In this document: positions 38,688 through 50,943 of the stretch, piece by piece
How the letters are laid out: each line of letters starts with the position of its first letter
How positions within the stretch are numbered: position 1 is the stretch's first letter
Assembly (NCBI RefSeq): GCF_000143415.4
Contig: NW_003314367.1
Span: 124,001 to 188,000 of the forward strand
Direction: 5' to 3'
DNA: 64,000 nucleotides
Origin: Selaginella moellendorffii
Taxonomy: Eukaryota; Plantae; Lycopodiophyta
Program-made: the position numbers and the translations under genes
Notes under the pieces: generated by a model
The model's input: the letters and a program-made list of their open reading frames with translations, nothing else
The model's database searches: none
Told to the model about the DNA's origin: nothing

Positions 38688-39556
38688 TTAGCAAACAACT
38701 TAAAGGATACTTGTGGACTGGGCCGCAGCCAATTCAGATGCGTCAAGAATGGCAAAAAAAGTCACGTTGCTCAGTTTGACGCCCTCCACATTCAACATAT
38801 CAGCCTAACTTGAAGAAAGCGAAGACCGATTTTTTTCGCGAGATCAACATGTTCCATCGTATTATCCCTGCTCTGTTAAACTCGAGGCAGAAATCCACGT
38901 CTAAGGAGCTTATTTCTCTTCTTGACTTCCTCATTTTAGTCAAAGATTTTGTCTTTGTCTACCTTCTAAGTTATAATGACCCATGCTCCACTTGTATTCC
39001 AAAGTATAGTTACATACAGGAACAGAAACAATAACTGTAAGCTCCTTTTCCTCCTTTGAGTGATGATCAGCCCAAATTGTGAAGAGCTGGTGACGATTCA
39101 GCAAATACTTTGAGTAGAGTGAAGTCTACACCCTCAATCCAAGCTATCCAAATGTACACCATCTCAAATTCCATTGACCGCAAGAAAAGAAACTCCCTCA
39201 AGCTGTGCCCAGGACTTTGCTTCCAATCGATGTTCATATGGTTAGGTGACTATTCCACGAAACAATGGTCAAAGTATACTGAATCCACATTGCTATCTTG
39301 TAGTTTAGACAAAGCCCACATGAAATAACCACTCTAACACGAATCTTTTTAGTTTTATCATGTATTTACTTGTATTTACAAATACTCAAACCACGAAACT
39401 ATGTATACAGGTCTGATGCCCTGCGGGTCCCCATGACTTTTACAAACATTTATTTATCTATCTTGTGGACTTTTTATCCCTGATATGAGCGTATCTTTTT
39501 TTGTCCCCAAGCAAATCCATGGAACTTTTTTTCAGCTGCTAGCTATACCCAGAAAT

Positions 39557-39638
39557 GTGAACGTGCCAGAGTGGTTATCGGGCATGACTCGAAATCATGT
39601 GGGCTCTGCCCGCGCAGGTTCGAATCCTGCCGTCCACG
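39557..39638 (+). tRNA. tRNA-Ser(CGA)
   Basis: 82-nt cloverleaf with long variable arm, anticodon loop CT-CGA-AA, GGTTCGAATCC B box and a downstream T5. One A-C mismatch in the acceptor stem. Confidence 0.93.
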
Positions 39639-40277
39639 CTTGTTCCTTTTTCTCTCCTGCTATCACCACAGCTGCCAGAATGAATCCTCATGGTGTGGAG
39701 GAGACGAGCCATTCGATTTGCATTTTCGCAAGCCTCCGGAACCTCTAGACCTCGAGCGAAATATCCTCAAGAGGGAATGCTTGGGAGGGAGAAGAGTGGA
39801 GGCTTTGAGAAGAGAAAGCAGGTTTCTTTCTCGTCGCCTTGCTCAAAGAAAAGATCTGAGTGATCTTGCTAGCGGTGTAGAGTGTGTGAGTAGGACCTTT
39901 GCTTTAGATTCCAATGCTGTCAACCAGCAGAAATTAGGGCTGACGTACCTTTTAGGACAAAAAGTACTATCAAACTCATATCAGTTTAGTAAGAAATTTA
40001 ACTTAATTTTGCGCTGGAGCATCCTCCACCGTAGAAATTAACGGCAAGGAGGAGGGTTTTAAGGCGGACGTCTCCCAGGGTTTTCACAAGCAGCGCAGCG
40101 CATCCTCTCTTCTCTCTCTTCTCTCTCTCTCTCTCTCGCCTCTCCCGCGGGAGGAGCTCGCGCAAATCTACATCCCCAGGTGAGACACGCGATCTTGGCT
40201 TGCATGGTCACTCACTCTCTCATAATCTCTCGCGGACGCGCGCCTCCTTAGATCGTCGCCAAATCCTCGTCAATCCC

Positions 40278-40968
40278 ATGGCCGCTACCTCCGCCGCCGC
40301 CGCCGCCGCAATCTCCAGCTTCTGCCCTGCCCAGGTGAAATTTCATGCAGCGCCGCCGAGATCTATCGCCTTACCCCGTGGATTCTGGATTTCGCAGGCG
40401 CTCGGCGCGGATTTGAGACCATGCACTGCGCTGGGATTCAAGGCCCGGGCCGTGGTGCTCTCCACGAGCTCTCTTCGGCGCCTCCAGGTCTCCTGCCTCG
40501 CGGTGAGCAAGCTCTTCCCTTCTCTCGATCGAATTCATGGATTATTTGGGCTTTTAACGCTACCATTTTTTTCTCTCTCGTGTTTTCTACGTGTTCTTAC
40601 CAGGCCAAGCCTGAGACTCTGGCTACTGTGCAAAAGGTTATAGCTTCCCAGCTGTCCGTGGAAGAGGACAAAGTGAGTCCCACTTCCAAGTTCACGGATC
40701 TTGGGGCCGATTCGCTCGACACTGTAAGTTCTCCTTCCAGGTTCTCGAGAAGTTCCCAACTTGGAAGAACTTCTCTTTGATTCTTTCGAGCACCATTCTC
40801 ATCCAGCTTTTATTTCCGTTGTTCTTGATCGATACACAGGTTGAGATCATGATGAACCTGGAGGAGGCCTTCAAGATCAGCCTGGGCGACGAGGGTGCCG
40901 AGAAGATCGTCACTGTCCAGGACGCCGCCGACATGATCCAGGACGTGATCTCCAAGAAGGGCGAGTAG
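40278..40968 (+). CDS. ACP: Plastid acyl carrier protein (4 exons)
   Basis: Ala/Ser-rich transit peptide, AKPETLATVQ...FTDLGADSLDT|VEIMMNLEEAF (phosphopantetheine Ser). CT-rich leader at 40085-40140. Confidence 0.95.
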
Positions 40969-41075
40969 AAACTTGTCGTCCCAAGTTTTTTTTTGCTTCT
41001 CGCCTTTTGTTTTGACTGAATCTCGAGAACTAAAAAAAAGGCTTTTCATCTTCTTGTCACGGATTTCGCTGCTGG

Positions 41076-44000
41076 TCAGTCAGTCGAGTCGGATTTCTCG
41101 CGCTTGTCTGCTTGCTGTTGCGACTGAGCCTCAAGTTGCTTGACTCTTTCGAGCTGTCTCAGCAAATCCAGGCGCTCCGGCGCGTAAGCGGACGGTATCT
41201 AGAAAACGATAAAAAGAATCAGTAACTTGGGAGAGTAAAAACTTGGATAGAGCTCTAGAGTTTTACCAGAGCTGGAACGTATTTTTGGATCGCGGCCAGC
41301 ATTGCAGCGTGGCCAACCGCGGTCACCTGATACGAATCAAAGTAAGTTTTTCAATCGATCAACGTATCACGCAAAACTAGCTCTTTTTCTACTCACAGGT
41401 AGCAGCATGAGAAATCCGATTGGTATCACCGAGGCGAGATCCGTGAAGGTCCGCATCAGCATCTTCTTTTCTCGCTCGGTCAGTTGCTGTCCGAGAGCGC
41501 CGTTTTTCAAGAGAATAGTCGCCGACGCGACGTCTGTGCTAAGCAGCTGCGTGCCTCTCCACAGATCCGAGCTCGCCTCCCTCAGCTTCTCGATGGATTT
41601 GTTGAAGACGTCGTTGTAAGTTTTTGCGTTCTCGCTTAGCTCCGGAGCGATGCTGCCGTCATCCAAGCAGCCCTGTGAATGAAGATGAGTTTCCTGCAAA
41701 GTACGAGAATTTCCAGCATACCCCGACGTCTGTTTTTGCTTTGAAAGACGCCTCGAGAGCTTCAGCTTCCTTTTTCAGCCGCCGCAGTCGTTCCAAATCC
41801 TTCCCGAGAGCTTCGAGCTTGTCAGCCCTGCTGCCACTTTGCGAGCTCTGCAGCAAGCTTTCTAGCTTGCAGATCGATTCTTCCATGTTTCGCAGATCCT
41901 ATAGAGGAAAACACGACAGTAAAAACGCAATCCCAATTGTTCTCTTCTTTGTCTCCTTGCCTCATCAAGTAGTTGAAGTTGCTTCTGTGCAGTAACAACA
42001 CCACTTGCTGTTAGCAAACCTCGATCCTCCTCCACGACGCATTCTCTGCGTACATCAGCTATCAATTTTGTGAAAGAAAAGAAAATTTTACCTTGAGGAA
42101 TCCAAGCTGATATTGTATCTTTCACGGCATTCAATCAATCGTGATTGGCTAATCACAAAGCACACAAAGTAGGTTAGATCGCGGAAAGTTTATAGAAGAT
42201 AAAAATCACCATTTGATGAGAAAGTCGACCACTCTCGAGCCGGAAGGATCTTGAACCCAGGTGCTGTATTTCAGAAAATCCGGTACCCAGCGCGAACAAA
42301 CATTTAATACAGTGTAGATAGCAACCGTGTCCGATGCTCCGCTGTTGCCGAGTAGAGATGCTTCGGGAAGCAATGGAAGCCATTCAAGTTCCTCACAGAC
42401 CACCTAAGATGAAAAAATATGAAAAAATATGACTCAGTACGACAAACTAAAGGAAAGAAACAATTCGGAAAGAGAACCTCAACAAAAAGTTGATAGTATG
42501 TCAAAGTCGAAAGCTGTGGATAGAAGAGCACACATCCACCTTCCAGATATCTACAAGGACACATGAAACTTAGAGATGGACTCAACAAAATGCGTAAAAC
42601 CTGAGCAAGCTCGCGATAGGCTCATCGAGTTGTGACTCCGGCTTTCTGGACAAGAAAGCACGGGCGCGTCTACCAAGCGCAGCAAAAAATCCAAACGTCG
42701 CCAAATCCCGTTCCAGTGCCTGCCTTCCATAAAACATCAGCACCAGCAACTGTTAAGATGAACACGTTACCTCCGCTGTGTCGTAAGGTCTGAGCTTTGT
42801 TAGCACGCCTTCTCGAGTAAGAGCGTTCCTCAAAAACTGCTCCGAAAGATCAACCCAGAAGGCCCTTTCGTCTGCACCACCCAAGGGACCGCTGGCAGCT
42901 CTGGAGCCAAAGTAGGACAGAAACTCCCGACGAAGTCCCAAGTTACAGGAAAAGCTGTAGACCTCGGTGATGGAAACAAACTCCGTTTGCATGTTCATCA
43001 ATCGTCCGATCTCGTCCGTCAGAGTGCTTGTGAAAGCAGCACACGAAACTGTTGCCGGTCCCAGTTTCATCGCTGCGCCACAGGCAGTGATGGTCAATCT
43101 TAGCAGCGCAACATCACTAGCCTCACAAGGACAAGCTGTACTGCCAAGAACAAACCAAACCAACGACTTAGAAACACACAGTAGAATACATAAAACTTAC
43201 GTCGATGTCACTGCCGAGAAGTGAGGATCCTTTTCCAGGATGTTCACGTAGCTCGCAACCATGAACGGAAGCTGCTGTTGCCAAAGCCAGTCCGCGGAAG
43301 GATCCCGAGACGATAAAAGTTTTTTGATGGATTCTTCTAACGGAGCGCACTGGTGCGAAAGACTGCAAGAGAAAAAAACATCAAGCAAAACCAAACTGTG
43401 AGACATCCATCACCTTCTTTGGACAAAGATGTGAACGTCTCTATCCCTTCCATCTCCCCGCATTGCAATCTCCATGGCCGCTTGGAGCAAGGAGTAAACA
43501 GAGACCTTTTACAAGCAAAACAAAGCAAGTTTAACGAAAAGAAACAAAGCGAAAGGTCGGAGGAAAAAGCAAAAAAATCTTCTTTCGAGCATACCTGGTA
43601 AGAGAGGAGCTTCATCCAAGCTTTGGTATCGAAGCCAAACCCTGTCCACTTCTTGACGAGCCACGAGCCCTTGCTGAGCGACTCATTCCTCTCCACCGAT
43701 ACCTGGAAAGCTCGAGCTCCTTCGTGCAGCATTTGGAGCAAGCTCGTTCCTCCGCTGGAATCGATCCTCGCGAACGCCTCTTGCCACCAGCTGCTAAGCG
43801 CATTCTCGCTATCGGTGCTACTGCCGCCGTTAATCCGAAATCCCTGCGAGGAGGAAGAGGAGGAAGAAGCGAGAGAATTGTTGTTCTCGGCGGCAATCCG
43901 GTGCCGCGACTTCCTCCTTGCTGGTTTCCAAGGGCCAAGAAAAGCCATGGCGGTGGAGGAAAGCTTGGACGAGAGAATGCTCCTGGTCGAGGAATGAATT

Positions 44001-44088
44001 GTGAGGAAAGAAGCGCAAATTCTTTTGCTTACCCGGCCGAGCGAGGGGGAGAAGAAATCAAATAGGGATTCCTGGCGCCGATTGCCAT
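41076..44088 (-). CDS. Plant LETM1-like protein, probable plastid form (multi-exon)
   Basis: C-terminal DLWRGTQLLSTDV...LTEREKKMLMRTFTDLASVIPIGFLMLLPV...IPSAYAPERLDLLRQLE, plus YLEGGCVLFYPQLS and VCEELEWLPL. Confidence 0.85.
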
Positions 44089-44479
44089 CGCCGCGAGCTC
44101 GCGCTCCTCTCTTTAGGACATAGGGCTCGAATATACTCTGTAAAGCCCTAACAGGTGGCAAAAAGTAATTATTTTAAAAACAAGTTTAACTTTACCTTTA
44201 GAGTAAAAGTTTGTAAGCGAATATCCCTTGCATATTCTAAAAAATGAATATCCTTTGTATATTCTAGAAAACCATATGAAACAAGAACAATCATGTGCAC
44301 ATGAAACATAAAAATTAAAGTCAGCTTATGGGTTCTAGTAAACCATGTGAATGAAAACAATTTCTAAGCAACATCCACATCATTGTAACACTTTCTAACA
44401 ATCACCGCTGGAGGCATAAGACCAGTATATAAAACCCTTCTTGCTTTCCCACTTTCTCTCAGTCTGATAGCTCGATTCC

Positions 44480-45556
44480 ATGGCTTTAGCTCTAGACAAG
44501 ATCTATGCTATTGAGAAGTTGCTAGGCCTCAAGAATTTCCACCTCCCAAAGATCCCTTGCTCCATTCCTTCAGTCCCTTGCCATCCAGATAGCATCTATG
44601 CATCCAACAAGGCCCATGAATGGGCATACAAGTTCATGGATCCAAAAATGACAGCCGCTGATAGAAAGGCTTTGGAAGATTGGAAAATCCCAATGTTTGC
44701 AACCCTCGTAGTGCCATTTGGATCCAAGAGAAATGCTGTCATTTGCTCAAAGTATAGCATGTTTGCCTTATTAGTGGACGACTCGGTTGATGAGGGCTTC
44801 GTTGAAAGTACCATTCTTCAAGATTACTATTCCACAATCCTTAATCACCTCCATAATCCTAATTTCAAGATCCAGGCATCGGACGATCACCTTCCACTTC
44901 GAGTTTACAGGGCCACTGAAGAGCTTGTTACTGAGATAAGATCATCCATGCTTCCTCCAGTGTATGCTCATTTTGTAGCACAGTTTGAGAGGTATGCACT
45001 CAGCAGAATGGCAAGCAGGCCCAAGTTTCAATCTGTCAAGCAGTATATCGAATGGAGAAGGTTTGATGTGTTCTTAGAGCCTATCTTCAGCTTCATAGAG
45101 ATGGCACTTGAAGTCGCAGTTCCGGACACGGAACTGGAATCAGAGGACTATCTAATTCTGCGAGATGCTGGAATTGACTATATATCTATGTACAATGATG
45201 TTCTCTCGTTTGCAAAGGAGTTTGCATGCAACAAACTGCTGAACCTTCCAGTGTTGCTGCTTCTTTCGGATCCGGAGGTGGAGTCATTCCAGAATGCAGT
45301 GGACAAGAGTTGCAAGATGATCGTGGACAAGGAGCAAGAATTTGTATACTACCACAACATTCTGATCACTCAGGCAAGAGGTGAAGGTAAACACGCGTTT
45401 GTGAAGTATCTTGAGTGTCTTCCTACTGTTCTTTCCAACACGCTTTACTATCACTACTCCTCTGCCCGTTACCATCCAGCTTTCATAACGGGTGAGAAGT
45501 TTGATGCGAATTGGTGCTTGGACACTGTTATAAACCATAGAAGAACTGGCCGGTGA
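44480..45556 (+). CDS. MTPSL: Microbial-type terpene synthase (MTPSL), intronless, 358 aa
   Basis: DDxxD (VDDSVDE), WRR, NSE-type NDVLSFAKE and terminal RY. Single alpha-domain size. TATATAAAA at ~44426. Confidence 0.93.
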   Translation: MALALDKIYAIEKLLGLKNFHLPKIPCSIPSVPCHPDSIYASNKAHEWAYKFMDPKMTAADRKALEDWKIPMFATLVVPFGSKRNAVICSKYSMFALLVDDSVDEGFVESTILQDYYSTILNHLHNPNFKIQASDDHLPLRVYRATEELVTEIRSSMLPPVYAHFVAQFERYALSRMASRPKFQSVKQYIEWRRFDVFLEPIFSFIEMALEVAVPDTELESEDYLILRDAGIDYISMYNDVLSFAKEFACNKLLNLPVLLLLSDPEVESFQNAVDKSCKMIVDKEQEFVYYHNILITQARGEGKHAFVKYLECLPTVLSNTLYYHYSSARYHPAFITGEKFDANWCLDTVINHRRTGR

Positions 45557-45765
45557 TGGAATCTAGTTACTATAAAACTTATGTTTTTAAATTACAAACT
45601 CCAATAACAGTTGACTCAAGACATTGCAAGAAAATAAAAAATATTGTAGCCTAGCTTACAAGCGTCACGACAATCGTGTTGGCCCCAAAGTGCCTAGCAT
45701 GTCCAGCTTGTCCATTGGAACTTTGTATCAACATATAAATAAAACATGGAATATACCTCTCAACA

Positions 45766-47202
45766 CTAATATTTTGATTGACCCACAAGCAAGTCAGCAT
45801 TGAGCTTCATCGTCATACTTCTCGTCCGCTCTTCCATGTCAATCCCAATCAAAGTTCTGCCCATTGACAGGGATGGTGCCGCTGGAGCCGAGAAAACGCT
45901 CCGGCTGGAACGCCTCTGAGTCGGACCAGCGAGCGGAATCTCGTCCAATGGCCCATATGTTGACGAAAACCTTGCAGCCGCCAGGGATGGTGTAGCCGGC
46001 CAACTTAACGGGCTTGAGATTCATGCGAGGAGCTCCCAGTGGGATGGCCGGGTGGAGACGCAGTGATTCCTTGACAATGGGTTCGATGTATGGAAGGTTT
46101 GGAAGATCGGATTCTTGCACAGCGCGAGCTCTCCCTACAACATTGTCGATCTCCTCTTGAGCCTTGGACATGACTCGGGGATGGTTTATGAGCTCCGCCA
46201 TTGTCCACTCCAGCGTCACTAGTGAGGTTTCCAGCCCCGCGATAACCATGTCTTGTCGCAACAGGGAAGAAAAGAGAGATCACGACCATGATCTAGAAGC
46301 TACCGAGAGCAGTGCCAAAATGGAGATGTCTGGCAACTTATCCTTGTCCTCGAGAGATATAAGAACGTCAGTGAAGTCTCGAGGGACGAACCCTTCCCCA
46401 GCTTGATCTTTCCTGCGTCGATGCTTGTCGATTGATCTTCCAGCAAGAGCTTCAGGCGAGGCATGAGCTCTGAGTTGCGTTTCTTGTAGACTCCATAAAG
46501 ATCCAGGGGTCGAGTGCTGGAAACAGCAGTCCAATGTTCAAGTTCAAGCTTAGAGCGACTATGTTCCGGATGAGATCCACAACTTCCAGCCCCCGCTCGC
46601 TGAAAAGAACCAAACATAGCGAAATTGACAAGAGACCGCTGAAAACCTCTTGCAGCTTGATCGTTGCCCCGGACTGCTGAATAATGGACTTGACTGTATG
46701 CTTCATCTCCGACTCCCGGAATCCTGAGCTTGCCTTGAGCATACTGTTGTTAAACAGGTGTGTGCTGCAAATTCTCCTCATAATCTTCCACTTATCACCG
46801 ACGGGCGCCAAGATGAGATCGTTCCAAGCGTGACTGACGATCCGGAAGAACTCGTTGTTCGTCCGGCTTGCAAACTCGAGACCATGGGCCTTAAGAACCT
46901 GTGCAGCCATTTTGTTGAAGAGCCAACATCGAAGGATCAAAAAGCAACGTCGCTATGAACGCTTACAAGCCAGTTATCCCTGTGGTACGACCGGGGCCAT
47001 TCCAATCTCGAGGTAGACAATCGGCCCATACTTCTTGCTGATCTTTGCGAAGTGGTGGTGGAGTGGCTCCTTGAGGGAGAAGAGCGCTCCAAAAACGGGG
47101 AAGAGGAGGGAGCTGCTGCTTCGACGATCGAATTCTCCCAATGAAGAGTGATAGTGTGATCCAGCCGATGCCAAGAACGAACAAGGCCACACCCAAGTCC
47201 AT
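45766..47202 (-). pseudogene. Cytochrome P450 (CYP71-clan-like) pseudogene
   Basis: N-terminal membrane anchor, I-helix AGLETS, KESLR (ExxR), PERF. Several frameshifts; the heme-binding FxxGxRxCxG segment is absent. Confidence 0.92.
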
Positions 47203-47724
47203 TGATTTGCTGGTTTGGATGTACAAGCCGTCGCCATGTTAAAAGAACTAGTGTCCCAGAACAAGACAACGGCATCGTGATGGGGATACTCTTGCTCGGG
47301 ATTCCAGGAGACTTTCATCAGTTTGGGATCAGTATGGAAAAAATAAAGCAACTTCGTTCCTTTGTTTCTAGGCACAATGTCGAGGAAGACTTGTTGCTGG
47401 ACGAGATCAAGATGTTTGCAATGACAACGTTTTCACTGTTCTCCATCTCCAATGTTGCTCGTCTTGATCTTCGATCAGATCGAAGCTCTTCCTCGCTCTC
47501 TTCTCGCATGAGCAAAGGTGGTAAGAGAGTAGCAAAATCTTCCACGTACCCGGAGGACATTGCTTTAAAGTATATCCTTAGTATATTCTAAAAAGAATAT
47601 CTCTGGGTTTTGGGGTCGATTCCTGGTTCTAAGTCATAGGGTATTGGTGATGAACAGAGGAGGGACGGGATGCCTCCTCTTCTAGGCCGCCGAGCTTCTT
47701 CTTCTTCTCCGCGATTGCCCGGCG

Positions 47725-50700
47725 ATGGAGGACGCCTCCACCACCAGTAGCAGCAGCAGCAAGGAGAACGTCCGCCTGGATGTGATGAAGTAAGCAGCAG
47801 CGTCGCCGCCGCGCGATTTCTAAGAGGATTCCTCGCCTTGGTCGCAGGTATTTCGACGAGTTTCGCGAGCGAGGGATGCTTGCGAACGAAGCAGCAGCAT
47901 TGGCGCTGAAGGTCGCGTATGGCAATGGTAACCAGTCGCTCCTCCACTATCTGAAATCCTTGAAAAAAAAATTCCTTCTGACACACAGTGGATCCTCCTC
48001 TGGATCCAGCGTCTCTGCTGGATGCGATCGCAAAGGCCGGAGAGACGAGGCAGTACCGGGAGCTCATCGAGACGATCAAGTTCGCGTTCTCGTCCGTGGA
48101 TGTTGTTAGTACTTGCTTCCTCTCGAAAACTCCTCCAAACAGTGATTCTAGTAGCTCCCTAGGTGAAGGATCCTTCCATCTTTTTTCTACGCTTCCTCTT
48201 GTTTTTTCATCTTCTTTTTTCTTGGCTGTGACCACAGTGGCTGGAATGGAGCTATCGCTTCTCGAGGACTTCTACGTTTCGGCACTAAGGCTGGTACACT
48301 TTCTCAGTCGCCTCGCAGCTTTCGAGACTTCAAACTTTTTTATCTTCCAGGAAGCCCCGGAAGTCAATCTCGCGATCATGGAAGCTAACGAGCAATTGCT
48401 GGCTTCGTTGCTTCGCTCTCTCAAAGATGGAAGTTGGCCATCGGGATCTTTGCGTGCTGTTATTATCATGCTTGAGGTACTCACTCCAGTCACGTCTCTC
48501 GCGTGATGACTTACGAGGCTTTGTGTTATCAGAATAGGCTTTTCATGGAGCCTGATTACTACGGTACTCTCTCGAGACTGTGGCGATTGGTCTTGGACGC
48601 ACCGCAGAGCTTCAGGGCCAGTTTGTTCTCAGCTTTGAAAGAGTAATGTGTTCTTTTCCTTTTCATTCCTTCGTTGACGTTGTTTCTCCACACAGATACG
48701 ATGGAAAGCAATTAGAGCGGCTTGTAGTTGTCATTCAGCAGTTTATCACCATACAACTTTACGAGTTTCAACAAGTAAACACAATGGTCGTCTCGGGTGT
48801 AGAAATTCTGGGATTCATCTGTATCCTTGGACATTTTCGTGGTTGGCTTTTCTTTTACCTTGACTACTTACATTACAAAAGACTCTGTCAATGAATCTTC
48901 GCTCCGGATTGGCCACTCGGCTTTCTACAATGATGCTGTAAACAACGACGACTTCAATCTCAAGGACGATTTTAGTCGCTGGGTTGATCCAACAAGGTTT
49001 GTATAGTTTCAATCAACTGTAGCTACTGATAGAGTGGTCTTGTACGCAGGCAGCAGTTCTCATTTTGCCAGTATCCGTTTGTTTTCGACCCGTCTAGCAA
49101 GAGTAAAATTCTTCAGATGGACTCGATATTTCAAATGACGGAGGAGTTTGAGGATGCGATTCTTCGGTCGGTTTTTATTGGCATGACATGCCCCTATTTA
49201 ATACTGAGAGTCAGGCGAGATTTTCTAGTTCGGGACACAATTGTGCAGGTAGCAGTTTGATTCGATCTTTGGTGTCCTGATTTTTCAATTCTTTCCATAC
49301 GTGTTTTCTTCTGACAGATCCAAGAACAGTTAGGTGATTTGAAAAAGCCTTTGAAGGTGACACAAGTCTTTCAAGCTGGTCCTGTTTTTTTAAAGGCATC
49401 CTTTGCAGGTTGTGTTTGTGGGGGAGGAGGGAATTGACGAAGGTGGGGTACAAAAAGAGTTTTTCCAGCTTCTTGTTCGCGAGCTTTTCAATCCACAGGT
49501 ATTTATGGCCCGTTTTAGTTTGTCCTAACTTCCGTAATACCTGCAGTATGGAATGTTCTCGTACAGCGATGAAGCCCGATGTTTCTGGTTCAATGCAACA
49601 CCGTCCGAACTAAATTTCGACACGGAGTTTGAATTGGTTGGAATTCTTCTGGGACTGGCCATTTACAATGGTCATATCCTGGATCTACACTTCCCGACCG
49701 TAGTGTACAAAAAACTACTGGGGAAACCATTAGCTCTGGACGACTTGGGTCAGGTTTGGCAGCTCAGGCCTCGGAAAGCTCTAAAGACCATGTTTTTGCA
49801 GGTGAAGCCTGACCTTGCCAAGGGTTTGGAGCATCTGTTGAGATTCACGGGTGATGTTGAGGTAAGCAGGCGACGAGAAACCGTTGTTTGTGCCTTAAAA
49901 TTGTATCGAGTTTCCAGGAAACGTATTCACGAACGTTCCAAATCTCGGAAATAGATATGTTTGGGCGGACAGCCACGGTGAACCTGAAAGAAGGCGGTGA
50001 GAACATTGATCTTAACTTGCAAAACAGGGACGAGTACGTAAAGCTGTGTGTTGAGGTGAGTGTGTATTCTCTTAAACACAATTTCTGTGCGTAAACAACC
50101 TTCTCTTGATGCAGTACTACCTTGGAAAATCCATCGCGAGGCAGTTCGAATGTTTCTCTCAAGGATTTCGCCGGCTATGCAAGGGGCGAGTCCTTGATGT
50201 AAGTTTGAAAGCTTCGATCGTTTAGCTGCTAGACAATCTCATCTTCTTCTGTCTTGTTTTTTTCAGCTCTTTCAGCCAGTGGAGCTGGAGCAGCTAATTT
50301 GCGGCAGCCCCGGGCTTGATTTTGAGGCATTGTAAGCTTCCCTTGTTTTTCTTCTTGTTCTTCTTTCAAGTGTGATTCACTCCAGGGAGAAGGTTGCCAT
50401 GTATGACGATGGCTACACAAAAGAGTCTCGTATTATACGGGAATTTTGGGAGGTAACAAGTTTTAACTCATCCTTCGCAGTTAATAATTCATTCGCCATC
50501 TACAGGTTGTCCATTCTTTCACGGAGGAGCAAAAAAGAAAGCTTTTGTTCTTCACAACTGGCAGCGATCGTGCCCCCATCAAAGGCCTCTCGAATCTCCA
50601 GTTCGTCATCTCGCGAAACGGTGTAGTTTATAGCTAAAAGCTTTTCCTTCCAGAACACACAGTTTTAAACTTTTCTCTTTTCATTTCCAGGACCTGATTG

Positions 50701-50890
50701 TGAGAGGCTTCCAACCGCGCATACGTGCTTCAATCACCTATTGCTTCCGGAATACAAAACTAAGGAAAAGGTTCGTTCGCTCGTATGACACCAAAACTTC
50801 TCATAAATTCTGTGTCTTTTTTCTTTCCTGTAGCTCCAAGAGCGATTGTTAACAGCAATTAATAACGCCGAAGGCTTTGGACTAATGTGA
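47725..50890 (+). CDS. HECT E3 ubiquitin ligase, E6AP/UBE3A-small-HERC type (many exons)
   Basis: [44 protein letters not shown], catalytic [10 protein letters not shown]-terminus [11 protein letters not shown]. Confidence 0.9.
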
Positions 50891-50943
50891 AGTAGCTCGA
50901 AGTAGAAAAGAAGAAACGAAAGAGAAGAGATCGTGGACGAGAC

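Noticed and set aside
38760-39330. Minus-strand LDVDFCLEFNRAGIIRWNMLISRKK, faintly like a glycosyltransferase motif
   Set aside because: A single short motif amid many stops with no other support.
39485-40041. ORFs overlapping the tRNA (also 57564-57749)
   Set aside because: Chance translation of the tRNA-Ser sequence.
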